Shown piece after piece: positions 27,870-36,417 of a stretch of 45,442 bases of DNA. Within the stretch, counting starts at the first letter, position 1. Each line of letters begins with the position of its first letter. Below the pieces are notes generated by a model, which saw nothing but the letters and a program-made list of their open reading frames with translations, did no database searches and was not told the origin of the DNA. This DNA comes from Candidatus Zixiibacteriota bacterium. Lineage in GTDB: Bacteria; Zixibacteria; MSB-5A5; GN15; FEB-12. Location: NCBI GenBank assembly GCA_049324195.1, contig JBMOKZ010000379.1, positions 1-45,442 of the forward strand. Direction: 5' to 3'. The position numbers and the translations under genes were made by a program.

Positions 27870-28892
27870 ATGCGCTTTTCGGAACCTGAGAATTTTCTGC
27901 TGTTGATAGTGGTCTTGTTTCTCGGCCTGTTTATGTTCTGGGCTCTTGCCCGGAAGAGGAAACTTCTGGCCCTGTTCGGTGATTTGCCGCTGTTGATGAA
28001 AAACGCCCCTTATATCTCGTTCGCGCGGCAGCGTACCAAGGCGGTACTGCTGGTGCTGGCACTGGTTTTTATCGTTCTGACTCTTACCCGCCTGCAGTTC
28101 GGCACCCACCTGGAACTGCTGAAACGGGAGGGGATCGATTTGATGATTGCGCTCGATGTTTCCAACTCGATGCTGGCGCAGGATATGAAACCCAACCGTC
28201 TGGAAAAAGCCAAGCAGGAAATCCGGAGCATGATTGACCGCCTGAAAGGGGACCGGATCGGACTGATCGCGTTCGCCGGCGAAGCGTTTGTCCAGTGTCC
28301 GTTGACGCTGGATTATTCCGCGGCCGGACTTTTGTTGACCGTGATGGACCAGGAATCGGTTTCGATTCAGGGAACCTCGCTGTCCTCGGCCATCGAAAAG
28401 GCTATGGCGTCCTTCAACCAGAAAGAGAAAAAGCACAAAGTGCTGCTTCTGTTAACCGACGGCGAGGACCACGAGGGCAAAGCGATTGAAGCGGCGGAGG
28501 TCGCCCGTAAAGACGGCATTAAGATCTATACGGTCGGGATCGGCTCCCCGGCGGGCGAACCGATTCCTATTTTGGACCGTAACGGCAAGCAGGTTGGATT
28601 CAAAAAAGACCGCAACGGCGAGGTGATTGTCTCGAAACTCGACGAGTTTACTCTGCAGAAGGTTTCACTCGCCACCGGCGGTAAGTATTATCACGCCACA
28701 GCCGGGGAGATGGAGCTGGACAAGATTTTCGAGGAAATTTCAAAACTGGAGAAAAAAGAACTAGAGGGAACGCTGGTGACCAAATACGACGACCGTTATC
28801 AGTGGCCGCTTTTGATAGCCCTGATGCTGGTTATCGGCGAGTTCTTCATCCCGGAGAGGAAAAAGCCGAACGGGAGAGAATATCATGAATAA
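27870..28892 (+). CDS. batB: VWA-domain membrane protein BatB
   Basis: The MIDAS motif is in LMIALDVSNSM, followed by LLLLTDGEDHEG. TM helices sit at both ends. RBS AAGAGGA lies upstream. Confidence 0.8.
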   Translation: MRFSEPENFLLLIVVLFLGLFMFWALARKRKLLALFGDLPLLMKNAPYISFARQRTKAVLLVLALVFIVLTLTRLQFGTHLELLKREGIDLMIALDVSNSMLAQDMKPNRLEKAKQEIRSMIDRLKGDRIGLIAFAGEAFVQCPLTLDYSAAGLLLTVMDQESVSIQGTSLSSAIEKAMASFNQKEKKHKVLLLLTDGEDHEGKAIEAAEVARKDGIKIYTVGIGSPAGEPIPILDRNGKQVGFKKDRNGEVIVSKLDEFTLQKVSLATGGKYYHATAGEMELDKIFEEISKLEKKELEGTLVTKYDDRYQWPLLIALMLVIGEFFIPERKKPNGREYHE

Positions 28893-29607
28893 GATTGTGA
28901 CATCGACGTTTTTTTCACTGGTTTTTTTAGTGGCGTCGGGTTTCGCCGCTGACGATTATATTGACGCTGTCAAGAAAGGCAATGAAGCTTTTCAGAACAA
29001 GGATTATAAAAAAGCTTTGGAGCAGTACCATATCGCTGAGACCGAGATCCCGGAGTCGTCCGAACTGGATTATAACATCGCCGGGGCGCTTTACGAACAA
29101 GGCAATTACGAAGAAACCGTGGAAAAATACACCCGTGCTCTCAACACCACCGATATCGGTCTGGAGTCTCAGGCCCAGTATAATCTGGGGAACACCTATT
29201 ACCGGATGGGCGACTATGTGAACGCCATTAAAAGTTACGAGAATGCCCTGAACATCGATCCGACCGATGTCGAGGCGAAATTCAATCTCGAACTAGCCCG
29301 CAAAATGCTCAAAGAACAGACCAAACCCGAACAACAGCAACAACAGAATCAGCAGCAACAACAGCAGGACCAGCAGCAACAGAATCAGCAGGATCAAAAG
29401 GACCAGCAAAAAGAAGAGCCGCAACCTCAGCAGAACGAACAACAGGAACAACAGCAGCAGCCACAGCCGCAACCCCGGGACGAGAAAGAGATGTCCCGGG
29501 AGGACGCGGAGCGGATTTTGAACGCCTTGCGCGACGACGAACAGGATTTGCAGAAAAAACTCAAACGTCAACAGGCGACCGGGGATTATTCCGGGAAGGA
29601 CTGGTAA
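28885..29607 (+). CDS. batC: TPR-repeat protein BatC with a Gln-rich low-complexity tail
   Basis: There is a signal peptide. TPR units are AFQNKDYKKALEQYHIAE, GALYEQGNYEETVEKYTRAL and GNTYYRMGDYVNAIKSYENALNIDP. A Q/E/P-rich tract follows (EQQQQQNQQQQQQDQQQQNQQDQ...). Confidence 0.7.
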   Translation: MNKIVTSTFFSLVFLVASGFAADDYIDAVKKGNEAFQNKDYKKALEQYHIAETEIPESSELDYNIAGALYEQGNYEETVEKYTRALNTTDIGLESQAQYNLGNTYYRMGDYVNAIKSYENALNIDPTDVEAKFNLELARKMLKEQTKPEQQQQQNQQQQQQDQQQQNQQDQKDQQKEEPQPQQNEQQEQQQQPQPQPRDEKEMSREDAERILNALRDDEQDLQKKLKRQQATGDYSGKDW

Positions 29608-29610
29608 ACG

Positions 29611-31434
29611 ATGGTTACGGGGTGGTTGAAAATTTTCTCAATTATGCTTTTAGCATTGACCATGTTGACGGCCGGGGTAATTATGGCTCAGGACGAGATC
29701 GGAATATCCGTTTCGCTTGACCGGGACACGATTGGCCTCGATGAACAGGCGGTGCTCGAAGTCGTCGTATCGGGAACCGACCAGAACCTGCCCGCTCCCC
29801 AGATGCCCACGCTGTCAATGTTCGAGGTTTATTCGCAGGGGCGTTCGAGCAATATCAGCATTATCAACGGACAGGTCAGCTCCTCGATAAGTTATCGCTA
29901 TATGCTCCTGCCTTCCAAAACCGGAACCTATCCGATCGACAATATCGCCATCGTTTACAAGAACAAGCGCTATAAGGGTAACCAGGTTGAGTTGACGGTG
30001 CTCGACAAGGGCGTGGCGACTTCGCCGCAGCTCGAGGAAAGCGCCCAGACGACCGAGGGTGACAGCAAGGATTATTTTCTCGAGGCGGTGGTTGACAAGA
30101 CCAATCCTTACGTCGGCGAGCAGGTGACGCTGACCTTAAAATTTTATATCGCGGTGAGATATTACGGTACGCCGGAACTCAAGGAACCCACCACGACGGG
30201 CTTCTGGACCGAAGTGCTCGGCAACCAGACGCCTTATTTCCAGAAGTTGAACAATCGCAACTACAGAGTCATCGAGCGCAAATATGCCCTGTTTCCGACC
30301 CAGACCGGAGAGTTGACCATTGGCCGTGCGACGATTACAACTTCGGTGGCTACCAAAACCGCCAGGCAGCGTGACCCGTTCAACATGAATCTCGACGATT
30401 TCTTCGGCAACTGGGGACAGGAAGTCGAAATTCGTTCCAAGCCGGTGATCATGAACGTAAAACCCTTGCCGATCGAGGGCCGTCCCGACGATTTCACCGG
30501 TACCATAGGTCAGTTCAGTATTGTCGCCAGTCCGGACAAGCTTGAGGTTGAGGTCAATCAGCCGGTCACGGTGACCATCAAGATAAGCGGCACCGGCAAT
30601 ATCAAATCCGTGGCCGAACCGATTATCCCGGATCTGCCCGATTTCCGTATTTACAAAGCCTCCAGCAGCGAAAAATCCTCGCGGCTTAACGATAAAATCG
30701 GCGGCACCAAAATTTATGAAGAAGTTTTCATTCCCAAAAAGCCGGGGAAACTCGAACTCCCCTCGCTGGGTTTCAATTATTTCGACCCCCAGCAGAAAAT
30801 ATACAAGGTGATGAAGACGCCTCCGCTCACCATCGACGTCCGCCAGCCCGAGGGCTACACGGGGACTACCGAAGTCCCGTATCGTCAAACCGGGGTCGTT
30901 CTGGGCAGTGACGCCTCGGATATTCGCTTCATCAAGGAGGCACCGGGTGATTTTACGCCGAAGGGAAGACTGGTGCTTCTGATGCCGCTGTATTTAATCC
31001 TCAACGGATTGTTCGTACTGGTGTTTGTCGGTCTGGTGGTGATCCGGTTGCGCAACGAGAAACTTTCCGGGGATGTCGGTTATGCCCGTTCTCGGCAGGC
31101 GTCGAGAATGGCGCACAAGCGTCTGGCGCGGGCGCGTTCGCTGGCCACGGTGGAAAAGGCCGGTGAATTTTACGCCGAAATCAGTCTGGCTCTGCTGGCT
31201 TATATGGCGGATAAATTGAACATATCGCCGCATGGGTTGACCTCGCAGCGGGTGGCGGACCTTTTGAAGGAGAAGAAAGCCGACACGATTCTTATCGAAC
31301 AGACGGTCGCTTTCCTGAAGCAATGCGATTTCGCCCGTTTCGCTCCGGCTTCGTTGACCCAGGCGGATATTGACCGGGCGCTCGATTCCGCCCGTCAGAT
31401 TATGGTTAAAATGGAAGGGGTTAAGTTTGTCTGA
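29611..31434 (+). CDS. batD: BatD (oxygen-tolerance family) membrane protein
   Basis: There is a signal peptide. The BatD-type module occurs three times (ISVSLDRDTIGLDEQAVLEVVVSG; LEAVVDKTNPYVGEQVTLTLKFY; FSIVASPDKLEVEVNQPVTVTIKISG). It has one TM helix (LYLILNGLFVLVFVGLVVI) and a helical tail. Its position after batC fits the Bat operon. Confidence 0.7.
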   Translation: MVTGWLKIFSIMLLALTMLTAGVIMAQDEIGISVSLDRDTIGLDEQAVLEVVVSGTDQNLPAPQMPTLSMFEVYSQGRSSNISIINGQVSSSISYRYMLLPSKTGTYPIDNIAIVYKNKRYKGNQVELTVLDKGVATSPQLEESAQTTEGDSKDYFLEAVVDKTNPYVGEQVTLTLKFYIAVRYYGTPELKEPTTTGFWTEVLGNQTPYFQKLNNRNYRVIERKYALFPTQTGELTIGRATITTSVATKTARQRDPFNMNLDDFFGNWGQEVEIRSKPVIMNVKPLPIEGRPDDFTGTIGQFSIVASPDKLEVEVNQPVTVTIKISGTGNIKSVAEPIIPDLPDFRIYKASSSEKSSRLNDKIGGTKIYEEVFIPKKPGKLELPSLGFNYFDPQQKIYKVMKTPPLTIDVRQPEGYTGTTEVPYRQTGVVLGSDASDIRFIKEAPGDFTPKGRLVLLMPLYLILNGLFVLVFVGLVVIRLRNEKLSGDVGYARSRQASRMAHKRLARARSLATVEKAGEFYAEISLALLAYMADKLNISPHGLTSQRVADLLKEKKADTILIEQTVAFLKQCDFARFAPASLTQADIDRALDSARQIMVKMEGVKFV

Positions 31435-32188
31435 CCGGATTTTAAAAATATTGACGATGGTTCTGTTTCTGGCAATTTCTGCGGGGTGTTTTGCGGCTTC
31501 AAACGAAAGTGATTTCGAAACCGCAAACAATTTTTTCAGGGACAAAAATTATGATAAGGCAATCGAGCTATACGAAACGATCGCGGCTCGGGGTGTGGAA
31601 TCGGCTCCGCTTTATTTCAACCTGGGCAATGCCTATTTCCGCACCGGCGATCTGGGTCATGCCGTGTTGTATTATATGAAAGCCCGCAAGCTTGACCCCG
31701 GCGACAACGATATTCTGGCCAATCTCGAGTTCGCCAAACAATATACTAATATCCAGATGGAGGGCGTCAAGCTTAACCCGATTACGTCGTTTATGGAATC
31801 ACTGGTCGGCCCCTATCGGCTAAGCCTGCTGGCCTGGGTGTCATCGGCGTTCTTTATCCTCTTCTTTATTCTCCTGAGTCTGCGCTATGGGCTGGGTATC
31901 CGGAATCCCGTGTTGCGGGTCTCAATCGTGACCGTTTTGATATTTCTGCTCGTGTCTTCGTGGCTTACCACATATAAATATCGCAACGATTATCTGACTC
32001 AGCGAGCGGTGATTATCGCCGAAGAATGTCCGGTCACCACCGGGCCGTCGGATGAGTCCGACATCGAACTCGAAGCAGCTCCCGGACTGGTGGTGGAAAT
32101 CCTGTCCGAAAGTGGCGATTATTACAACGTTCTGTTCGAAAACAAGCGTCGCGGCTGGATAAAAAAAGAATTAGTCGCTGAAATATAA
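31427..32188 (+). CDS. batE: BatE: TPR plus C-terminal SH3-like domain membrane protein
   Basis: The track start of 31370 lies deep inside batD. TTG 31427 overlaps the batD stop by 8 nt and gives a good signal peptide (SDRILKILTMVLFLAISAGCFA); ATG 31457 is an alternative. TPR units are FRDKNYDKAIELYETI and GNAYFRTGDLGHAVLYYMKARKLDP. The C-terminal GDYYNVLFENKRRGWIKKELV is SH3-like. Confidence 0.65.
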   Translation: MSDRILKILTMVLFLAISAGCFAASNESDFETANNFFRDKNYDKAIELYETIAARGVESAPLYFNLGNAYFRTGDLGHAVLYYMKARKLDPGDNDILANLEFAKQYTNIQMEGVKLNPITSFMESLVGPYRLSLLAWVSSAFFILFFILLSLRYGLGIRNPVLRVSIVTVLIFLLVSSWLTTYKYRNDYLTQRAVIIAEECPVTTGPSDESDIELEAAPGLVVEILSESGDYYNVLFENKRRGWIKKELVAEI

Positions 32189-32220
32189 CGACTTACATCG
32201 GTTCCTCAGACTTTATTTCA

Positions 32221-32249
32221 TTGACACTAATATTGGAATAACCTATCTT
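32221..32249 (+). promoter_or_regulatory. Sigma70-like promoter
   Basis: TTGACA (32221-32226), a 17-nt spacer, then TATCTT (32244-32249). The predicted TSS lies downstream of the track TTG start at 32251, which supports ATG 32284. Confidence 0.45.
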
Positions 32250-32283
32250 ATTGGTTTGGTATGTGTTGAGTCAGCTGGGTAAT

Positions 32284-33327
32284 ATGAAAGTTTTCTGGAA
32301 GAAAAAGCAGTTCTGGGGCGGGCTGATCGCGGTCGCTCTATTGGCCTATTGCCTTAAGGATATCAAATTAAGCGAAATCAGGGTGTTGTTGACCCGAGTC
32401 AATTATTATTATTTGATTCCGGCAATCGTGTCATCCTTTGTTTTTTTGATATTCAAGGGCATCCGCTGGAAAATGTTGATGTCCCCCCAAAAAAAGATGG
32501 CCACCGGTTGGGCAATCTCGATATATTCCGCCGGCCAGATTTTGAATATTGTCATGCCGGTACTGACCGGGCAGGTCGGACGGATGATTTTGTTTGCCCG
32601 CAAGGAATGTCTCAAGAAGACGGTGGTTTTTTCCACGATTGTGCTTGAGGTGCTTTTCGACGCCGCCACCCTGATCATTTTCGTCTTTTTCACCTCGCTG
32701 GCGTTCGTTTTTCCGGAAGAATACCGGTCGCTGAGCTATATCATTTCGGGGGTTACGGTTGCCGTGGTGGCGGGTCTGTACCTGACTTTGCTAAACCAGC
32801 AGCGGTTGGAGAATATGGGGCGGCGGCACCTGCGCGACCGCTGGCCGGGGCTCTATATCTCGGTAAAGAAGTTCATCCGGTCGTTCACCAAGGGGATGGA
32901 GCTTTTGCGGTCGTCGCAACATATTTTCAGATCCGTCCTGATATCCATCCTCTGCTGGACAACGCATATGCTGGTCATTTATTTCCTGATCCGGTCGTTT
33001 GGATTCGAACTGCCCCTGGCGGCGTCAGCCGTGGTCATGATTATCAATACGGTAGTGTTAATGGTTCCCATCACGCCGGGCAACGCCGGGACGTTTGAGT
33101 TCGCCGTCAGCGCCTCGCTGGCCGCCTTTTCCATCGGCCGTTCCGACGCCGTGCTCTTTTCACTGGCCCTGCATCTTCTGGACCTGTTACCGATATTCAC
33201 GCTCGGGGCGACGTTTATTCATTACGACAAAACTTCCCTCATGGAAATCAAGAGCCGCCACGAGGAAGAGGACCTGTTTGACAATATCTCCGAGGACGGT
33301 ACGGTTATCGAGGAGGAACGGGTATGA
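32284..33327 (+). CDS. Flippase-like / lysyl-phosphatidylglycerol-synthase-TM-family (UPF0104) membrane protein
   Basis: Polytopic membrane protein beginning MKVFWKKKQFWGGLIAVALLAY, with the early FKGIRWKML block I associate with this family. The family call is from memory only. Confidence 0.45.
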   Translation: MKVFWKKKQFWGGLIAVALLAYCLKDIKLSEIRVLLTRVNYYYLIPAIVSSFVFLIFKGIRWKMLMSPQKKMATGWAISIYSAGQILNIVMPVLTGQVGRMILFARKECLKKTVVFSTIVLEVLFDAATLIIFVFFTSLAFVFPEEYRSLSYIISGVTVAVVAGLYLTLLNQQRLENMGRRHLRDRWPGLYISVKKFIRSFTKGMELLRSSQHIFRSVLISILCWTTHMLVIYFLIRSFGFELPLAASAVVMIINTVVLMVPITPGNAGTFEFAVSASLAAFSIGRSDAVLFSLALHLLDLLPIFTLGATFIHYDKTSLMEIKSRHEEEDLFDNISEDGTVIEEERV

Positions 33328-34292
33328 TTCGTTCGTTTTATTATCTGCCCAAAGAGGGGGTCAAGGTAATCGAGGGTATCGCCGATTTTGACAAGCTGAC
33401 GGCCGTCGAGAATTCCATCCTGTGGGTGGATATGTGCAAGCCGACCGACCAGGAATCGTTCGTGCTGACCCACGATTTCAAGTTTCACCCGCTGGCGGTG
33501 GAAGACGTAATTTCAGAAAAATCCCGAACCAAAATCGACGATTACGAAACCTACCTGTTCATGGTTTTCAACCTGGTGGATTTCATCGGGAGGGAGGAGG
33601 ACCTGAAAATAACCGAACTGGACTTTTTCCTGGGGAAAAACAGTCTCGTCACGGTTCATTTCGATGACCATCGGATTTTCGATTATCTTTACAACCGGGC
33701 CGAACGCGACGAACGGCTGATCGCCCGCGGGGCGGATTACCTGTTCCACGCCATTGTCGACACCGTCGTGGACAACTACAACACCATCCTGGATATTCTG
33801 GAATATGAGGTGGACCAGGTCGAGGAAGACGTGCTGGGGGAACACAGCGAGGACACCCTGATGTCGATATTCACCCTGCGAAGGGATATCGTGCAGTTGA
33901 AGCGCAACGTCATGCCGCAGCGGGAGCTTATCAGCCAGATTTCCCGCAAGAATCACCCGCTGATATCGGAGAACCTGACGGTCTATTTCTCCGACATTTA
34001 TGACCACCTGGTTCGCATCAACGACATGGCCGACACTCACCGGGAAATTTTGAATTCCTCCCTCGAAGTTTACTATTCTTCGGTTTCGACCAAAACCAAC
34101 GATGTTATCAAGGTTCTGACCATTTTGACCGCTATTTTCATCCCTCCGACCTTTTTGGTCGGGTTGTGGGGTATGAATTTCAAGTACATGCCCGAACTGA
34201 GCATGGAATACGGTTATTTTATTTCCCTGGGGATTATCGGCATGGTCGTTTTGGCGATGCTTCTGTTCTTCCACAAAAAAAAATGGCTGTAA
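33324..34292 (+). CDS. corA: CorA-family magnesium/cobalt transporter
   Basis: The GMN signature is in FLVGLWGMNFKYMPE, between two C-terminal TM helices. The N-terminal domain is large and acidic. ATG overlaps the upstream stop (ATGA). Confidence 0.9.
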   Translation: MIRSFYYLPKEGVKVIEGIADFDKLTAVENSILWVDMCKPTDQESFVLTHDFKFHPLAVEDVISEKSRTKIDDYETYLFMVFNLVDFIGREEDLKITELDFFLGKNSLVTVHFDDHRIFDYLYNRAERDERLIARGADYLFHAIVDTVVDNYNTILDILEYEVDQVEEDVLGEHSEDTLMSIFTLRRDIVQLKRNVMPQRELISQISRKNHPLISENLTVYFSDIYDHLVRINDMADTHREILNSSLEVYYSSVSTKTNDVIKVLTILTAIFIPPTFLVGLWGMNFKYMPELSMEYGYFISLGIIGMVVLAMLLFFHKKKWL

Positions 34293-34336
34293 ACTGATTA
34301 CCGCGAAACTTTTTTCCACTCCCGTCGTTTAATACC

Positions 34337-34406
34337 TTGACTTTTAGTGATAAAGTTTTATAATAGATACCCGTTGGTAGGTATTCAAACATACTCTCCG
34401 GTATGT
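34337..34406 (+). promoter_or_regulatory. Near-consensus sigma70 promoter plus candidate TetR operator palindromes
   Basis: TTGACT (34337-34342), a 16-nt spacer, then TATAAT (34359-34364). Inverted repeats lie immediately downstream: ATACC (34367-34371) with GGTAT (34380-34384), and ACATAC (34389-34394) with GTATGT (34401-34406). Confidence 0.55.
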
Positions 34407-34447
34407 ATTTTAAGAATATGTTTAATTAACGTTAGGGTGCAATTAGA

Positions 34448-35068
34448 ATGTCCAAAATAAAACAAAGTCCCAAGTTGCCGCCGGAAAAAAGGCGCAAGCA
34501 GCTTCTCCGGGCGGCATACTTCCTGTTTTTGAAAAAAGGCTATCGGATGACGACGACCGATGAAATCGCCCGAAAAGCCGGGTTGACCAAGGGCGCCCTG
34601 TATCATCATTTCAAAAGCAAAGAGGATATGTTGTATATTCTCATCCGCGAAATATCGGACATGATGTGGGAGTCGTTCATTTCCCGTCTCAAGAAAGACG
34701 GCAAGCCGATCGATTTCGTCAGCGCCATGCTGGAACATCATGATGTCGTACCGCGCCCGAAATTCGAGGATATCATCGATATCTACACTCAGGGTTTGCG
34801 GATTCCCCGTCTCAAACGTATGATCGCCAAACAGATGCAGGACGGGGTGCAGTATTTTTGCGAATACGTCGATCGCGTTTATGCCGGAAATAAAATGAAT
34901 TTGAAAGAAGTCGGAATTTTCCTTTTAGCTTTGCACTACGGTCTCTTCTGGATGAAATTATTCATGCCTTCCCTGGTTAATGAAAAAAATCAGCTGAGAC
35001 TTATAGAATGTTGTTTTGATTTCGACCGGTTGCTCATGAAAAAGAAGAAAGGGGTCGTGACGGCATGA
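34448..35068 (+). CDS. TetR/AcrR-family transcriptional regulator
   Basis: The HTH block TTTDEIARKAGLTKGALYHHFKSKEDM is the canonical TetR N-terminal signature. It is the first gene of the efflux operon. Confidence 0.9.
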   Translation: MSKIKQSPKLPPEKRRKQLLRAAYFLFLKKGYRMTTTDEIARKAGLTKGALYHHFKSKEDMLYILIREISDMMWESFISRLKKDGKPIDFVSAMLEHHDVVPRPKFEDIIDIYTQGLRIPRLKRMIAKQMQDGVQYFCEYVDRVYAGNKMNLKEVGIFLLALHYGLFWMKLFMPSLVNEKNQLRLIECCFDFDRLLMKKKKGVVTA

Positions 35069-36402
35069 ACAGATTACGCCTTTCGATTATTTTAAAAACG
35101 ACTGTTTTGTTTCTGGTCTTGTTGTCGATAATGATAGTCCCGTCTGCTGTCGGGGCCGGTTTGACCATTACTGAAGTCCGCAACCGGGCGGTGGAGTACA
35201 ATCGGACTTACCTGTCGGCAAAAGAAGATGTTGCTTTGGCCCAGTCCGAAATCGTCAGGACCCGGGCCGACGCTTTGCCGAATTTGCATTTCAGCGCCGG
35301 TTACACCCGCACTCTTGAAATACCCTCGCAGTTTGTCGAATTCGGTGGTGTCACTCAGGAACTCCGGTTAGGGCTTGATAATTCCTTCAACTATGGTCTG
35401 ACTCTCGAGCAACCGATCTGGCACGGGGGAAAAGTGTTCACGGCCTACAGTATCGCCCGCGAATACAAAAAATACGCCGAAAAAGGGTCCGAGGCGGTCA
35501 AGGCTTCGGTAATTGAAACCGCAGAGATTCTTTTTTACTCGGTCGCTCTCGAAAAAGCCCGCCTGCAAGTGTTCAACAGGGCTTACGAAGCCAATAGCCG
35601 GAATTTCGAAATGGTCGAGATGAAGTATTCCAAAGGGCTGGTTTCACGTTATGAATATCTGCGCGCCCAGGTGGAACGCGACAATCTCCTGCCGCTGATT
35701 ATTAAAGCCGAATCCGATGTCAAACTGGCTGAGAAAAAACTCAAGTCCTTTATCGGTATCGACCTGAACGAGGAAATCAGTATAGTCGAGGAAATCGACG
35801 ATACCTCGCTGGTCAACCTTCCCGCTTTGCCGGAACTGACGAACCGGGCTCTTGAGGACCGTCCGGAGATGACCCGAGCAGAACATCTGACAGCTATTTC
35901 AAAAAAGGCCATTAGAGTCGCGAAAGGGGGATTTTTACCGGATTTCGACGCATTTATGGCTTATGGCTGGAGCGCGCAGTCCAACGATTTTACGCTGGAT
36001 GAAAACACCAGCCGGTCCTGGACCGCGGGGGTGACGGTCAATTTGCCGATTTTCAACGGCGGTCGGACATTTGGAGATGTAAGCCAGCGCCAGGCGCAGT
36101 ATCGGCAGTCGCAACTGGCGGAACGTCAGACCCGGGACGATATTCGGCTCGAAGTCGAAGCGGCTTACGACGCTCTGTTGCAGGCGAAGAAATCACTGGA
36201 TATTCAGGGCTTGACGATTGCCCAGGCGGAGGAAGGTCTTAAAATCGCCAATTTGCGATACGAATCTGGAGTCGGCACCCAGCTTGAGGTACTATCGGCT
36301 CAAGCCGCTCTGACTGACGCCCGGTCGGCTCTGGCCGAGGCGCTGTTCATGTTCCGGCAAGCCAAAGCAGGTTTGAAAAAAGCCACAACCCTTGATATAT
36401 AG
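35065..36402 (+). CDS. TolC-family outer-membrane efflux protein
   Basis: There is a signal peptide. The two-fold repeated OEP pattern is present (YNRTYLSAKEDVALAQSEI...; LRYESGVGTQLEVLSAQAALTDAR). The start overlaps the tetR stop by 4 nt. Confidence 0.85.
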   Translation: MNRLRLSIILKTTVLFLVLLSIMIVPSAVGAGLTITEVRNRAVEYNRTYLSAKEDVALAQSEIVRTRADALPNLHFSAGYTRTLEIPSQFVEFGGVTQELRLGLDNSFNYGLTLEQPIWHGGKVFTAYSIAREYKKYAEKGSEAVKASVIETAEILFYSVALEKARLQVFNRAYEANSRNFEMVEMKYSKGLVSRYEYLRAQVERDNLLPLIIKAESDVKLAEKKLKSFIGIDLNEEISIVEEIDDTSLVNLPALPELTNRALEDRPEMTRAEHLTAISKKAIRVAKGGFLPDFDAFMAYGWSAQSNDFTLDENTSRSWTAGVTVNLPIFNGGRTFGDVSQRQAQYRQSQLAERQTRDDIRLEVEAAYDALLQAKKSLDIQGLTIAQAEEGLKIANLRYESGVGTQLEVLSAQAALTDARSALAEALFMFRQAKAGLKKATTLDI

Positions 36403-36417
36403 AGATGGAATGAATCA

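Noticed and set aside
29329-29478. A CAG/CAA-rich repetitive DNA stretch, considered as a possible tandem repeat or CRISPR-like array
   Set aside because: There is no regular repeat-spacer periodicity. It is in frame within batC and simply encodes a Gln-rich tract. No CRISPR array was seen anywhere in the window.
31370-31426. The upstream extension of the batE ORF in the track
   Set aside because: It lies inside batD. TTG 31427 yields a proper signal peptide and the usual short overlap with the upstream stop.
33513-34319. 268-aa minus-strand ORF antisense to corA
   Set aside because: The corA frame has the GMN signature and two terminal TM helices. The antisense ORF is featureless.
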